From the IMG/VR virus record IMGVR_UViG_3300033145_000471, positions 1-61,273 of that record: a stretch of DNA of 61,273 bases; one strand, 5' to 3'. The stretch comes from a virus. Lineage: Duplodnaviria; Caudoviricetes. The stretch's first letter is position 1. Each line of letters opens with the position of its first letter. This document shows positions 1 to 9,167 of this stretch, in pieces. Under the pieces are notes generated by a model. The model did not search any database. It was given only the letters and a program-made list of their open reading frames with translations, and had not been told where the DNA came from. Both the position numbers and the translations under genes were made by a program.

Positions 1-123
1 CTCCTTCCCGCTCATCTTACATTTCAACACCGATACCCCCTATACCAGATCTGTTAAACAGGGGCGTTTCCAGATCTGGTATAGGGGGTATCGGTGTTGA
101 AATGTAAGATGTGCGGGAAGGAG
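1..123. repeat. 53-bp inverted repeat (1-53 / 71-123) at the contig start; probable fold-back artefact
   Basis: 1-53 is the reverse complement of 71-123 with one mismatch; 17-nt spacer. Confidence 0.9.
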
Positions 124-894
124 TTTCAGGGAAAGACCCGGGGCCGTCCGCCCCTATATTGCTCAAAGCATTGCCGTAACGGATACCGTGCCGCAAAGTA
201 CCGGAGAATGCACATCAGAAGTTGTAAATGGTGCAACAGTGAGTTTCATGCAAGCCCCAGACAGAGATTTTGTTCCCCCGCATGTGCCGGCAGATCGCGG
301 GCGCAAAAAAAGAAAGAGGAATCAAGGGCTGAAATTGAGGGCGGTTATAAAAAATGCCGCAGATGCAATATTCAAAAACCACTGAGCGAATTTTATCGCA
401 ACCAAACAAACAGTGCCGGCTATGACAGTTATTGTAAATCGTGCAAAAGAGAAATGTGGGCAAAAAAATATGGCGGGGGGCGGATAAAGCGCAACAATGA
501 GCGCCGGAATATATTAGAGAAAAGAAGAACAGCCGCCGACCCGCGCTACAAATTAAATAAAAACATAGGTCGCGCCATATGCGATTCACTGAGAGATAAC
601 CACGGTATTAGCAATAAGCGTGGGCGGAAATGGGAATCGCTTGTCGGCTTCACGCTGGATGAATTAAGGGCACACCTTGAAAAACAATTTGCCGACGGTA
701 TGTCATGGGATAATTACGGCGAATGGCACATTGACCACATTATCCCTATTGCGGCTCACAATTTCAGGTTACCCGAACACAGGGACTTTAAGCGTTGTTG
801 GTCTTTGTCAAATCTGCAACCGCTATGGGCCAAAGAAAATCACAGAAAACACGCCAAGATAAACGAACCATTCCAACCGAGCCTGATAATATAA
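94..894 (+). CDS. HNH endonuclease with N-terminal Cys-rich zinc motifs
   Basis: Multiple CxxC motifs; WHIDHIIP...NLQPLWAKENHRK HNH motif. Confidence 0.85.
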   Translation: MLKCKMCGKEFQGKTRGRPPLYCSKHCRNGYRAAKYRRMHIRSCKWCNSEFHASPRQRFCSPACAGRSRAQKKKEESRAEIEGGYKKCRRCNIQKPLSEFYRNQTNSAGYDSYCKSCKREMWAKKYGGGRIKRNNERRNILEKRRTAADPRYKLNKNIGRAICDSLRDNHGISNKRGRKWESLVGFTLDELRAHLEKQFADGMSWDNYGEWHIDHIIPIAAHNFRLPEHRDFKRCWSLSNLQPLWAKENHRKHAKINEPFQPSLII

Positions 895-1355
895 TGCGCG
901 GACGCAAACCAAAGCCGACAAAGTTAAAAAAACTGGAAGGCGATATACACAAGGAGCGGTTCAACCCAAACGAGCCGGAACCCGATGTGTGTATTCCCGA
1001 CATACCCGATTGGATGAGCGCCGAGGCGAAACGAGAGTTCATGCGCATCGCACCGGAGCTAAAGGCACTCGGCATTCTCAGTAAAATCGACCGGGCGGCG
1101 CTTGTCGGTTATTGCCAGGCATGGGCGCGCTTCAAGGATGCCGAAGTGTTAATTCAGAAGAGCGGCTACATTATCACCACGGAAAAGGGCAACGAGATTC
1201 AGCATCCGGCGGTCGGCATCGCAAACAAGGCAATGGATGAAATGCGCAAGTTCCTTGTCGAGTTTGGCATGTCGCCGGCGAGCCGGCCAAAGGTATCGGC
1301 AAAGCCCAAAGAGAAAAAAGTAAACCCCATGGAAAAACTTTTGAAACTCGGCTGA
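894..1355 (+). CDS. terS: Terminase small subunit, P27 family
   Basis: MRGRKPKPT.LKKLEG start, HPAV and EFGMSPASR motifs; directly upstream of terL. Confidence 0.92.
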   Translation: MRGRKPKPTKLKKLEGDIHKERFNPNEPEPDVCIPDIPDWMSAEAKREFMRIAPELKALGILSKIDRAALVGYCQAWARFKDAEVLIQKSGYIITTEKGNEIQHPAVGIANKAMDEMRKFLVEFGMSPASRPKVSAKPKEKKVNPMEKLLKLG

Positions 1356-1356
1356 T

Positions 1357-2973
1357 ATGATTAATGCGAAAGAATACAAAATCGAATGCGAGTCGAAAGG
1401 ACTTGTTTACAGCGAGGAGCGGGCGCAGCGCGTTGTTGATTTTATTAGCAATTTAACGCACACAAAAGGTAAATGGGCTGGCAGGCGGTTCCACCTGTTT
1501 GATTGGCAAGAAGAACTAATCAGAAAGCTGTTCGGGACATTAAAGCCGAACGGGAAGCGCACATATACAAAATGCTATGTCGAGATACCAAAGAAAAACG
1601 GGAAATCCGAACTGGCGGCGGCTATTGCATTGTATCTGCTGTTCGCCGACGACGAAATAGGAGCGGAAGTATACAGTGCGGCGGCAGATCGAGAGCAGGC
1701 GGCGATTGTATTCAATGTAGCCGCCCAAATGGTGCGAAACAACGAAACGCTGAACGGCATATGTAAAATTCTTGATTCGGTAAAAAGGATTGTATTCCAC
1801 CATACAGGCTCGTTTTATCACGTGCTTTCCGCCGACGTTAATACCAAGCACGGGTTCAATATACACGGCTGTATTTTTGATGAACTGCACGCGCAGCCAA
1901 AACGCGACTTATGGGACGTGCTGACGGAAGGAGCGGGTGACGCGAGAGAACAACCGCTGACGTTTGCGATCACTACGGCCGGTTACGACAGAAACTCAAT
2001 ATGTTGGGAAGTTCACGAATATGCCAAAAAGGTCAAAGAGGGAACGATAGAAGACAATAACTTTCTGCCCATAATCTATTCGCTCGACGAAAAAGAGGAT
2101 TGGGAGAAAGAGGAGAACTGGTACAGGGTTAATCCAAGCCTCGACAAAACGGTTGATGTCGAAAAAGTGAGAATCGCCCACAAAGAGGCAAGGGAAATAC
2201 CGGCAAAGCAAAACACGTTTCGCAGACTGAGGCTTAATCAATGGACACAACAGGAAAACCGGTATGTTGACATTGGAAAATGGAACGAACAGGCGGGCAA
2301 GGTCAATGAATTTGATTTGCGGGGAAGATCGTGTTGCGGCGGCCTTGACCTTTCGTCGGTAAGCGATATAACGGCGTGGGTGATGGTGTTCCCGTATAGC
2401 GACGATCCCGAAGAAGTTGACATACTGTGCCGGTTCTGGTGTCCCGAGTCGCGGCTTTATGACAAGCGTAACAAGTATGCGGATCAATACCAGGCGTGGG
2501 AAAAACAAGGGCACATGATGGCAACGCCCGGCGATGCGGTTGATTATCAATTTGTGAAAAAACAAGTAATGGACGATTGCGACAAATTCAATGTGCTTGG
2601 TCTAAACATCGATCGTTTGTTTCAGGGCTATCAAATAGCAATGGAAATCGAGAATGAAATTTTGGCAACACGATCAAGCAATGCGGAAGTCGCCGGTTTT
2701 GCAATGGGTCATAAATCATTTTCAATACCGATGAAGGAATTTGAGCGCCGATTTAAAGAGGGAAAGTTACATCATGGCGGCAACCCCGTATTACGGTGGA
2801 TGATTGATAATGTGGCAGTGAAACCAGATGTAAATGATAACCTGATGCCGGACAAGGCGCAATCGCAGGGGAAAATAGACGGTTTTGTGGCACTGGTTTT
2901 GGCTCTCGACATGGCATTGAGACACAAGGACACCGTGAGCATTTATGAGACCGAAGATATTGCGTTTATTTAG
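1357..2973 (+). CDS. terL: Terminase large subunit
   Basis: Walker A IPKKNGKS, Walker B IFDELH, ITTAG, nuclease GLDLS and KIDG motifs. Confidence 0.97.
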   Translation: MINAKEYKIECESKGLVYSEERAQRVVDFISNLTHTKGKWAGRRFHLFDWQEELIRKLFGTLKPNGKRTYTKCYVEIPKKNGKSELAAAIALYLLFADDEIGAEVYSAAADREQAAIVFNVAAQMVRNNETLNGICKILDSVKRIVFHHTGSFYHVLSADVNTKHGFNIHGCIFDELHAQPKRDLWDVLTEGAGDAREQPLTFAITTAGYDRNSICWEVHEYAKKVKEGTIEDNNFLPIIYSLDEKEDWEKEENWYRVNPSLDKTVDVEKVRIAHKEAREIPAKQNTFRRLRLNQWTQQENRYVDIGKWNEQAGKVNEFDLRGRSCCGGLDLSSVSDITAWVMVFPYSDDPEEVDILCRFWCPESRLYDKRNKYADQYQAWEKQGHMMATPGDAVDYQFVKKQVMDDCDKFNVLGLNIDRLFQGYQIAMEIENEILATRSSNAEVAGFAMGHKSFSIPMKEFERRFKEGKLHHGGNPVLRWMIDNVAVKPDVNDNLMPDKAQSQGKIDGFVALVLALDMALRHKDTVSIYETEDIAFI

Positions 2974-3121
2974 GAAAATATTTGAGCCGAGTGTCGGTAA
3001 AGAGCTTGTTGTCATATTCGGCCTGCTCCTGATATTCGTCGGCCTGTCGCTGGAAGCGCTATGGATCGGCATATCGGTAACCGGGTTTTTGATAATATTG
3101 CTTGTAAGAACTTCCACATAG
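2945..3121 (+). CDS. Small two-TM membrane protein between terL and portal (58 aa, not in the ORF track)
   Basis: MRPKILRLF...LVVIFGLLLIFVGLSL..LWIGISVTGFLIILLV; position typical of HK97-like phages. Confidence 0.6.
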   Translation: MRPKILRLFRKIFEPSVGKELVVIFGLLLIFVGLSLEALWIGISVTGFLIILLVRTST

Positions 3122-3134
3122 ATCGAGGCAAACA

Positions 3135-5141
3135 ATGGGGCTTTTTGTTCCAAGTATAGAAAAGCGGGCATGGAGCGAACTTGACGACCGTTGGTATTAC
3201 CCGCTCTGGTCTCATCTCAAAACGGATTCCGGTGTTAAAATCAGCGAACACAGCGCGCTGGCGATAAGTGCGGTATTCGCCTGCATAAACGCCATCTCGC
3301 AGGACGTCGGGAAATTGCCGCTCCATTTCTACAAACGGAAGGCCAGCGACAACCGCGAAAAGGCAACTGAGCATTCGCTCTATAAAGTCCTGATGTACCG
3401 CCCGAATCCCGAGATGTCGGCAATTGAGTTCAAGCAGGTATTGACCGGCCACGTTCTCGGATGGGGCACAGCCTACGCGGAAATCGAATTTAATGGTGCG
3501 GGACAGGTGATCGGGCTTTGGCCGCTGCCGCCCGACAGGACCAAACCGAAGCGCACAGAAGGCGGCACGCTGTACTATGCCTATCGCTCCCCGTCCGGCG
3601 AGGAAATACCCATCAGTGCCGAAAGGATATTCAGGCTGCACGGGCTTGGCTTTAACGGCATATCGGGCTATTCTGTCATCGGCCTCGCGCGCGAAGGAAT
3701 CGGGCTTGCGAAGGCAACAGAGACGTTCGCCGCAAAATACTTCGGCAACGGCGCGATATCACCTTTACTTTTGACGCACCCGGGTAAATTAGGCGAAGAT
3801 GCCGTCGAGCGCATGAGAAGCAGTTGGGAGAAGGCGCACGGCGGACTCAACAACGCGCACCGGGTGGCGATACTGCAGGAAGGCGTCACGGTTGAGAAAA
3901 TCGGCATACCGCCGAATGATTCGCAGTTTCTTGAATCCCGCGAATTCAGCGTACCGGAGATCGCCCGGTTTTTCCGTATGCCGCTTCACAAGATTCAACA
4001 CCTGAAGGAAGCGACGTTCAATAACATCGAGCACCTGGCGCAAGAATATCTGTCCGATACGCTTGAATTTTGGCTGAAGAGCTGGGAGCAACAGGTATAC
4101 AACTCGCTCTTGACCGAAAAAGAACAGAAAAAGTATTATGCGGAGTTTTTAACCGACAGTATCCTTCGCGGCGACACCGAAACGCGGTACGAGGCGTATG
4201 CGAAGGCAATACAGAACGGATTTATGTCACCTGACGACGTGAGGCGCAAGGAAAACATGAATCCGCTGCCTGACGGCTCGGGCAAGCAATATTTCATCCC
4301 GATGAACCTCATTCCCGTAGACCAGGTGGATGCGTTCGCGGAAAGCGTGAAAAACAAGGCGAAAACGGCGAATAATGAGGATAAAACGGTAAAAACGCCG
4401 GGAATCATCGAAAAAAGGGCAAAAGGCATCATCATTGTTCGCAACCGTCTCAGAAACCGCTATTATGACCTGTTCCGCGACATTGCCGACCAGATAGTGA
4501 CCCGTGAGCATAACCAGATAACGAGATACGCCCAAAAATACCTCGGCGGGAACGATGTATCGTCGTTCGACGCATGGATTAATGATTACTACCAAAACAC
4601 TTTCCCGGATTTCATCAGCCGCAAGATGAAACCGATTATACGGACATACACCTCGGCCGTCGGGGATGTTGCGGCGCAGGAAATCGACCTTGACGTGGAC
4701 GACCTCGCCGACATGGACGAGTTCGTAAGTGGCTATGTCGATGTTTACGCTACTCGGCACATCGAATCATCCGTCGGGCAACTGCGGTCGCTGATTAAAG
4801 AGGATGTCGAGGACAAGCTGGATGAGATTTCGACCCGTGCCGATGAATGGCTTGAAAGGCGCCCCGACAAGATTGCGCTGAACGAGACGGTGCGGGCCGA
4901 GAGTGCGGCGGCAGCGACGATATTTCTTGCGAGCGGCTATAGGCTCCGGTGGCAGATTCAGGGCGCGACGACCTGCCCATACTGCAAGAGCCTGAACGGG
5001 ATGATTGTCGGCGGCAATGAGTTTTTCGTGAACGGCGGCAATGAAGTACAGCCGGAAGGACAGGAACCGATGATGGTAAGATACAACACCCGACATGCTC
5101 CACTACACGCCTCATGCGATTGTATCATAGTGGCGGCTTAA
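3135..5141 (+). CDS. HK97-family portal protein fused to a C-terminal head-morphogenesis (Mu gpF/SPP1 gp7-like) domain
   Basis: AVFACINAISQDVGKLP, RPNPEM, SQFLESR, EIARFFRMP; C-terminal TCPYC...PLHASCDC. Confidence 0.92.
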   Translation: MGLFVPSIEKRAWSELDDRWYYPLWSHLKTDSGVKISEHSALAISAVFACINAISQDVGKLPLHFYKRKASDNREKATEHSLYKVLMYRPNPEMSAIEFKQVLTGHVLGWGTAYAEIEFNGAGQVIGLWPLPPDRTKPKRTEGGTLYYAYRSPSGEEIPISAERIFRLHGLGFNGISGYSVIGLAREGIGLAKATETFAAKYFGNGAISPLLLTHPGKLGEDAVERMRSSWEKAHGGLNNAHRVAILQEGVTVEKIGIPPNDSQFLESREFSVPEIARFFRMPLHKIQHLKEATFNNIEHLAQEYLSDTLEFWLKSWEQQVYNSLLTEKEQKKYYAEFLTDSILRGDTETRYEAYAKAIQNGFMSPDDVRRKENMNPLPDGSGKQYFIPMNLIPVDQVDAFAESVKNKAKTANNEDKTVKTPGIIEKRAKGIIIVRNRLRNRYYDLFRDIADQIVTREHNQITRYAQKYLGGNDVSSFDAWINDYYQNTFPDFISRKMKPIIRTYTSAVGDVAAQEIDLDVDDLADMDEFVSGYVDVYATRHIESSVGQLRSLIKEDVEDKLDEISTRADEWLERRPDKIALNETVRAESAAAATIFLASGYRLRWQIQGATTCPYCKSLNGMIVGGNEFFVNGGNEVQPEGQEPMMVRYNTRHAPLHASCDCIIVAA

Positions 5142-5150
5142 AGGATAGCA

Positions 5151-5267
5151 ATGCCAGAAATCCGCTGTAAAAAATGTAACCGGTTACTAATGAAGGGCTG
5201 GATCGTGAAGGTCGAGATCAAGTGCCCGAAATGCCACAACATCATGATGTTCGAGGAAGAAAAATAA
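5151..5267 (+). CDS. com: Mu Com-like zinc-finger RNA-binding regulator (38 aa, not in the ORF track)
   Basis: MPEIRCKKCNRLLMKGWIVKVEIKCPKCHNIMMFEEEK matches the IRC..CN.LL...IKCP.C Com signature; AAGGA RBS. Confidence 0.85.
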   Translation: MPEIRCKKCNRLLMKGWIVKVEIKCPKCHNIMMFEEEK

Positions 5268-5278
5268 CACTGTAAGCT

Positions 5279-5321
5279 GAGCGGCGCGACCGCCCACGAC
5301 ATAGAGAGCTTTTCGAGAGCC
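5279..5321 (+). promoter_or_regulatory. Tandem 16-nt RNA hairpin motif (putative Com boxes), pair 1
   Basis: GA-GCGG-CGCGA-CCGC-C (5279-5294) and GA-GCTT-TTCGA-GAGC-C (5306-5321). Confidence 0.75.
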
Positions 5322-5358
5322 GAGCGAGATAGGTTAATCCCTGTCCGCTCGGCTTTTC
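5318..5358 (+). terminator. Intrinsic terminator overlapping the second hairpin
   Basis: AGCCGAGCG...CGCTCGGCT stem followed by T-run. Confidence 0.7.
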
Positions 5359-5377
5359 GCATTTAAGGAGCGAGAAA

Positions 5378-6184
5378 ATGTCAGAAGAAATCGTGAAGGA
5401 TATACCCGTTGAAAATCTGGAACGCCGGTTTGTGCCGCTTGCTGAAATCGAACTCCGCGCCGGGGAAGGTGATACGCCGGTCATCGAAGGCTATGCGGCC
5501 GTGTTCAACAAATGGGGATCGGAAGCCTATGGTTTCCGCGAGAAGATCGCCCCCGGCGCTTTCAAGAAAACAATCAAGGGCGGCGATGTTCGGGCGCTTT
5601 TTAATCATGACCCTAATCACGTCCTCGGCCGCCAGAGCAACGGCACGCTCACGCTGAAGGAGGATGACAGGGGACTGTCGATGCATACGGATATCAACGC
5701 CGATGACCCCGACGCCATGAGCGTATACGCCAAAGTGAGGCGCGGCGACGTCAACGGGCAGTCGTTCGGATTCGTGGTGAGAGAAGAAGAATGGAAGTAT
5801 TTCGACGACGACACAAAACTGCCCGAACGCATCATCCGTGAAGTTGATCTGTTTGATGTCGGGCCGGTAACGTTCCCGTTCTATGAGCAGACCGACGTTA
5901 CGGTTGCCCTGCGGTCGCTCGAAAGAAACAGGCCGCAGAATGACGACGACGACAAAACGGATACCCGCGAATTACTGAACGCAATAGGATCATTGCCGGC
6001 AGAAAACCTCGCAGAGCTTCGAGACGCAATTAATACAAGACTCGAATCAATAAATCCCGGGACCGTGCCCACGCCGGCCCAGGACGATAACCCCGACGAC
6101 GAACCCACGCCCACGCTGGACGCCAGACGGATAGCGCAATTACGGCGCATATGGAACCGCAAACGCAAAACCGAAAAAGCATAA
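5378..6184 (+). CDS. HK97-family prohead protease
   Basis: IEGYAAVFN, FREKIAPGAF, LFNHD, SFGF, VTFPFY. Confidence 0.95.
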   Translation: MSEEIVKDIPVENLERRFVPLAEIELRAGEGDTPVIEGYAAVFNKWGSEAYGFREKIAPGAFKKTIKGGDVRALFNHDPNHVLGRQSNGTLTLKEDDRGLSMHTDINADDPDAMSVYAKVRRGDVNGQSFGFVVREEEWKYFDDDTKLPERIIREVDLFDVGPVTFPFYEQTDVTVALRSLERNRPQNDDDDKTDTRELLNAIGSLPAENLAELRDAINTRLESINPGTVPTPAQDDNPDDEPTPTLDARRIAQLRRIWNRKRKTEKA

Positions 6185-6195
6185 GGAATTTCAAA

Positions 6196-7560
6196 ATGAC
6201 TATAAGAGAAATTCGCGCAAAACGCGCCGAAATCAGCAAGGAACTCGACGAGCTTCTGGGGGAAGATACCCTGACGGAAGATCAGGAGGCTCGTTATAAA
6301 GAGCTTGACGAGGAATATGACAAGCTCACCAAGGACATCGAGCGGCGTGAAAAGCAGGAATCCCGCAAGACAGACCTCGCCGCGTCCACAGACGACCCGA
6401 ACAAGATCGACGTCGACGACGGATTCCGCAATGTCAATGTTGGCGCGGACAGGGAAGAGCAGAAACCGTTTACCGAGCTTCGCGAACAGTTGCAGGCGAT
6501 AGTCGATTTTGCCGTTCACGGGCGCTTTGATAAACGGCTTGGCAGGCTCGCCGCGTATAATGACGACAATTTCAACCCGATTCGCAGCAACGCCGAAATC
6601 AGGGCTGCAGGCTCCGGCTCCATCGAGGCTACGGGCGCTTATGGCGGCTTTCTTCTCGAAACCGAGGTCGCGGATGGCCTCCTGGGGCGCACGTATGATA
6701 ACAACCAGGTTATCAGCCGATGTACCCGCCGGACGCTCACATCCAACGCCACATCCATTGAACTGAAGGGTGTGGATGAGTCCAGCCGCGCAACAGGCTC
6801 GCGTTTTGGCGGTGTCAGGGCTTATTGGGCTGGCGAGCTTGACCAGATGACCAGTTCGCGACCGAAATTCTACAAGGTGAAATTGACGCCGGAGAAACTT
6901 ACCGGTTTGTATTTCGCCTCTGATGAAATTCTGCAGGACTCCGGTATTCTTGCCGCCGAGGTCAATGACATGTTCGAGGAGGAGTTCGCCTTCACCATTC
7001 AGGACGCCGTTGTCGAAGGCGACGGTTCCGGTAAGCCCCTCGGGGCGGTGAACTCCGGTTGCAAGGTCGAAGTCTCCGCCGTGTCCGGGCAGGGATCCAC
7101 GACCTTCATTTACGAGAACGTGACTAACATGTGGGCACGCATGTGGGCGCCCAGCCGGAAGAACGCCGTGTGGTTCATTAACCAGGACACCGAACCCCAG
7201 TTATATACCATGAGTCTGCCGGTCGGTACCGGCGGTGCCCCGGTATATCTCCCGCCGAATGGTGCTGCTGACGCGCCTTTCGGTCGTCTGTTCGGCCGTC
7301 CGGTTATTCCCATCGAGCAGTGCTCCACGCTCGGTACGGCTGGCGACATACTGCTCGCCGATTTCTCGCAGTATTACATCGTGGACAAGGGCGGCATCAA
7401 CGGCGCGTCCTCGATCCACCTGAAGTTCGATTTCAACCAGACGACAATTCGCTGGATTTATCGCGTTGACGGCCGTCCGAAATGGAAAGATGCGCTCACG
7501 CCATTCAAGGGATCGAACACTCTTTCCCCGATCGTGACGCTCAGCTCGACGCGTACCTGA
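6196..7560 (+). CDS. Major capsid protein (HK97 fold, N-terminal delta domain)
   Basis: Coiled-coil N-terminus, GGFL, GDGSGKPLG, LFGRPV, ADFSQY, RVDGRP. Confidence 0.95.
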   Translation: MTIREIRAKRAEISKELDELLGEDTLTEDQEARYKELDEEYDKLTKDIERREKQESRKTDLAASTDDPNKIDVDDGFRNVNVGADREEQKPFTELREQLQAIVDFAVHGRFDKRLGRLAAYNDDNFNPIRSNAEIRAAGSGSIEATGAYGGFLLETEVADGLLGRTYDNNQVISRCTRRTLTSNATSIELKGVDESSRATGSRFGGVRAYWAGELDQMTSSRPKFYKVKLTPEKLTGLYFASDEILQDSGILAAEVNDMFEEEFAFTIQDAVVEGDGSGKPLGAVNSGCKVEVSAVSGQGSTTFIYENVTNMWARMWAPSRKNAVWFINQDTEPQLYTMSLPVGTGGAPVYLPPNGAADAPFGRLFGRPVIPIEQCSTLGTAGDILLADFSQYYIVDKGGINGASSIHLKFDFNQTTIRWIYRVDGRPKWKDALTPFKGSNTLSPIVTLSSTRT

Positions 7561-7593
7561 TGAAGTTTAACGGAAAATTCGGAGGTATAGAAA

Positions 7594-8076
7594 ATGGGTA
7601 AGGTCTGTATTCCTGAACAGTATAAACTTGTTCACGCGATAGCTCCGCAGTCTACAACGGTTGCGATTACGGGCGACTATATCAGCCTCAAAGACGCCGA
7701 GAGAGTAACCATTATCGCGGATTTCAACAACACCGGCACCGGCAAGGCGACGTATGTCACGGTCTACGAGGCGACGTCCACGACCGGGGCAGGCGCGGCG
7801 GCTACGACCGGTAACACCTATAAGGGCTGGCGTAATGCCGGGACAACCAGCACGGACACGCTCAGTGCCCAGACGGATGCGTATCGGTTCGCCACCACCA
7901 CCGACGCGACGTATCAGCAGATTGTCATTCAGGTCGATCCGAGTGACTTGACGGTCGGCTATGACTGTCTGAATGTCAGGACGACCACGGGCGAAACCAG
8001 TAATAGCGTGTCGATCGATTACGTCGTGCACACGAAGTACCCGGCCGCGACGCCCCCGGCTGTAATCAGCAGCTAA
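7594..8076 (+). CDS. Putative head decoration protein, Thr-rich beta-sandwich
   Basis: Immediately after the MCP, strong GGAGG RBS, Thr-rich. Confidence 0.6.
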   Translation: MGKVCIPEQYKLVHAIAPQSTTVAITGDYISLKDAERVTIIADFNNTGTGKATYVTVYEATSTTGAGAAATTGNTYKGWRNAGTTSTDTLSAQTDAYRFATTTDATYQQIVIQVDPSDLTVGYDCLNVRTTTGETSNSVSIDYVVHTKYPAATPPAVISS

Positions 8077-8084
8077 GGAGTGAC

Positions 8085-8336
8085 ATGAACGTACAATTGA
8101 CAAAACCGCGTCTCGGGTACAGCAAAGGCGCCGAACTCGATCTTCACCCCGTATGGGCGCGGCGCATGTATCGTGCGAAAGAATGTAAGCCTGTCAATGA
8201 GCGGGATTTACCGTTTTTGACCGGCGAAACAGACCGCATCGAAACAGCGTCCGTCGAACCACGCGAGGAAAAGGCCGTCAAGGCGCAGAACACACCGCGA
8301 AAACCGAGAAGGCGGCGTAGAAAAACAACGAAGTAA
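8085..8336 (+). CDS. Hypothetical protein with basic C-terminus
   Basis: AAGGAG RBS; head-module position. Confidence 0.6.
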   Translation: MNVQLTKPRLGYSKGAELDLHPVWARRMYRAKECKPVNERDLPFLTGETDRIETASVEPREEKAVKAQNTPRKPRRRRRKTTK

Positions 8337-8440
8337 TTCCTGCGGGGCGGGACAGCCTGTAATATGGCGGTGCCGCCCCTGAAAAAAGCGTAACGGGACG
8401 CTTCAGCGCATGAAGCGCATCCGGTGAAAGGATAAACAAT

Positions 8441-9115
8441 ATGCCTGCTACTAAGATTAAATCCACATGGAGTTCCGGCAACCTGATTTTCAAGGAAAGC
8501 GTTGCCGCGAATGGCGGACAGATCATTTTCGGCACCACCGGCAGCGGCGGTCTTGACATGAAGCTGTACGGAACGACCGGCAGCGTGTATGCGCTGTGGG
8601 ACGAGTCGGCCAATACGCTGATATTCGAAGGCGCCGATATCCGCCTGAATGACAGCGATTTTCTGAAACTCGGCGATTCCACTGACGCGTCATTGGCGTG
8701 GGACGGCTCGAAAATCGCCCTCACCGCAGCCGCCGCATCGACGTTCCAGATCGGCAGCACCGGAACGAATATCAATCCCAGCATCAAGGGCACGTTGGCT
8801 GTGCTTAAAGCCGTGACCGCATCAAGCAACGTCAGTATCAGCGGTGACGTAAGCGTGGCGAACGGCAAGGCGATACAGGGGTCGTCCACGGCAAGCGAGT
8901 CATTTTCGCTGAAAGCCTATACCACGGGCCAGACGGATATTCTCGAAGTTCAGAACTCGACCGGCAACGGCAACTATAAACTCGGTTTCTTCGCCGCCAC
9001 GCCTACGTCGAAGGCCGGCTCGATCGCCGATGCCACAACCCTGACCAATGTGATAACGGCGTGTAATTCGATCAAAAGCGCATTGGTTTCACTCGGTTTC
9101 ATCGCGTCAACGTAA
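8441..9115 (+). CDS. Putative head fibre/virion protein, Ser/Thr/Gly-rich
   Basis: Beta-rich composition; C-terminal LGFFAATP...ALVSLGFI segment. Confidence 0.55.
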   Translation: MPATKIKSTWSSGNLIFKESVAANGGQIIFGTTGSGGLDMKLYGTTGSVYALWDESANTLIFEGADIRLNDSDFLKLGDSTDASLAWDGSKIALTAAAASTFQIGSTGTNINPSIKGTLAVLKAVTASSNVSISGDVSVANGKAIQGSSTASESFSLKAYTTGQTDILEVQNSTGNGNYKLGFFAATPTSKAGSIADATTLTNVITACNSIKSALVSLGFIAST

Positions 9116-9167
9116 CGCAATAAAGGCGGGGCGTTAACAGCGTCCCGCCACAAAAACACGAGGTAGT

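Noticed and set aside
1-123. Hairpin telomere of a linear plasmid-phage
   Set aside because: No protelomerase or partition genes seen; int and attP are present; the repeat duplicates coding sequence and occurs at one end only
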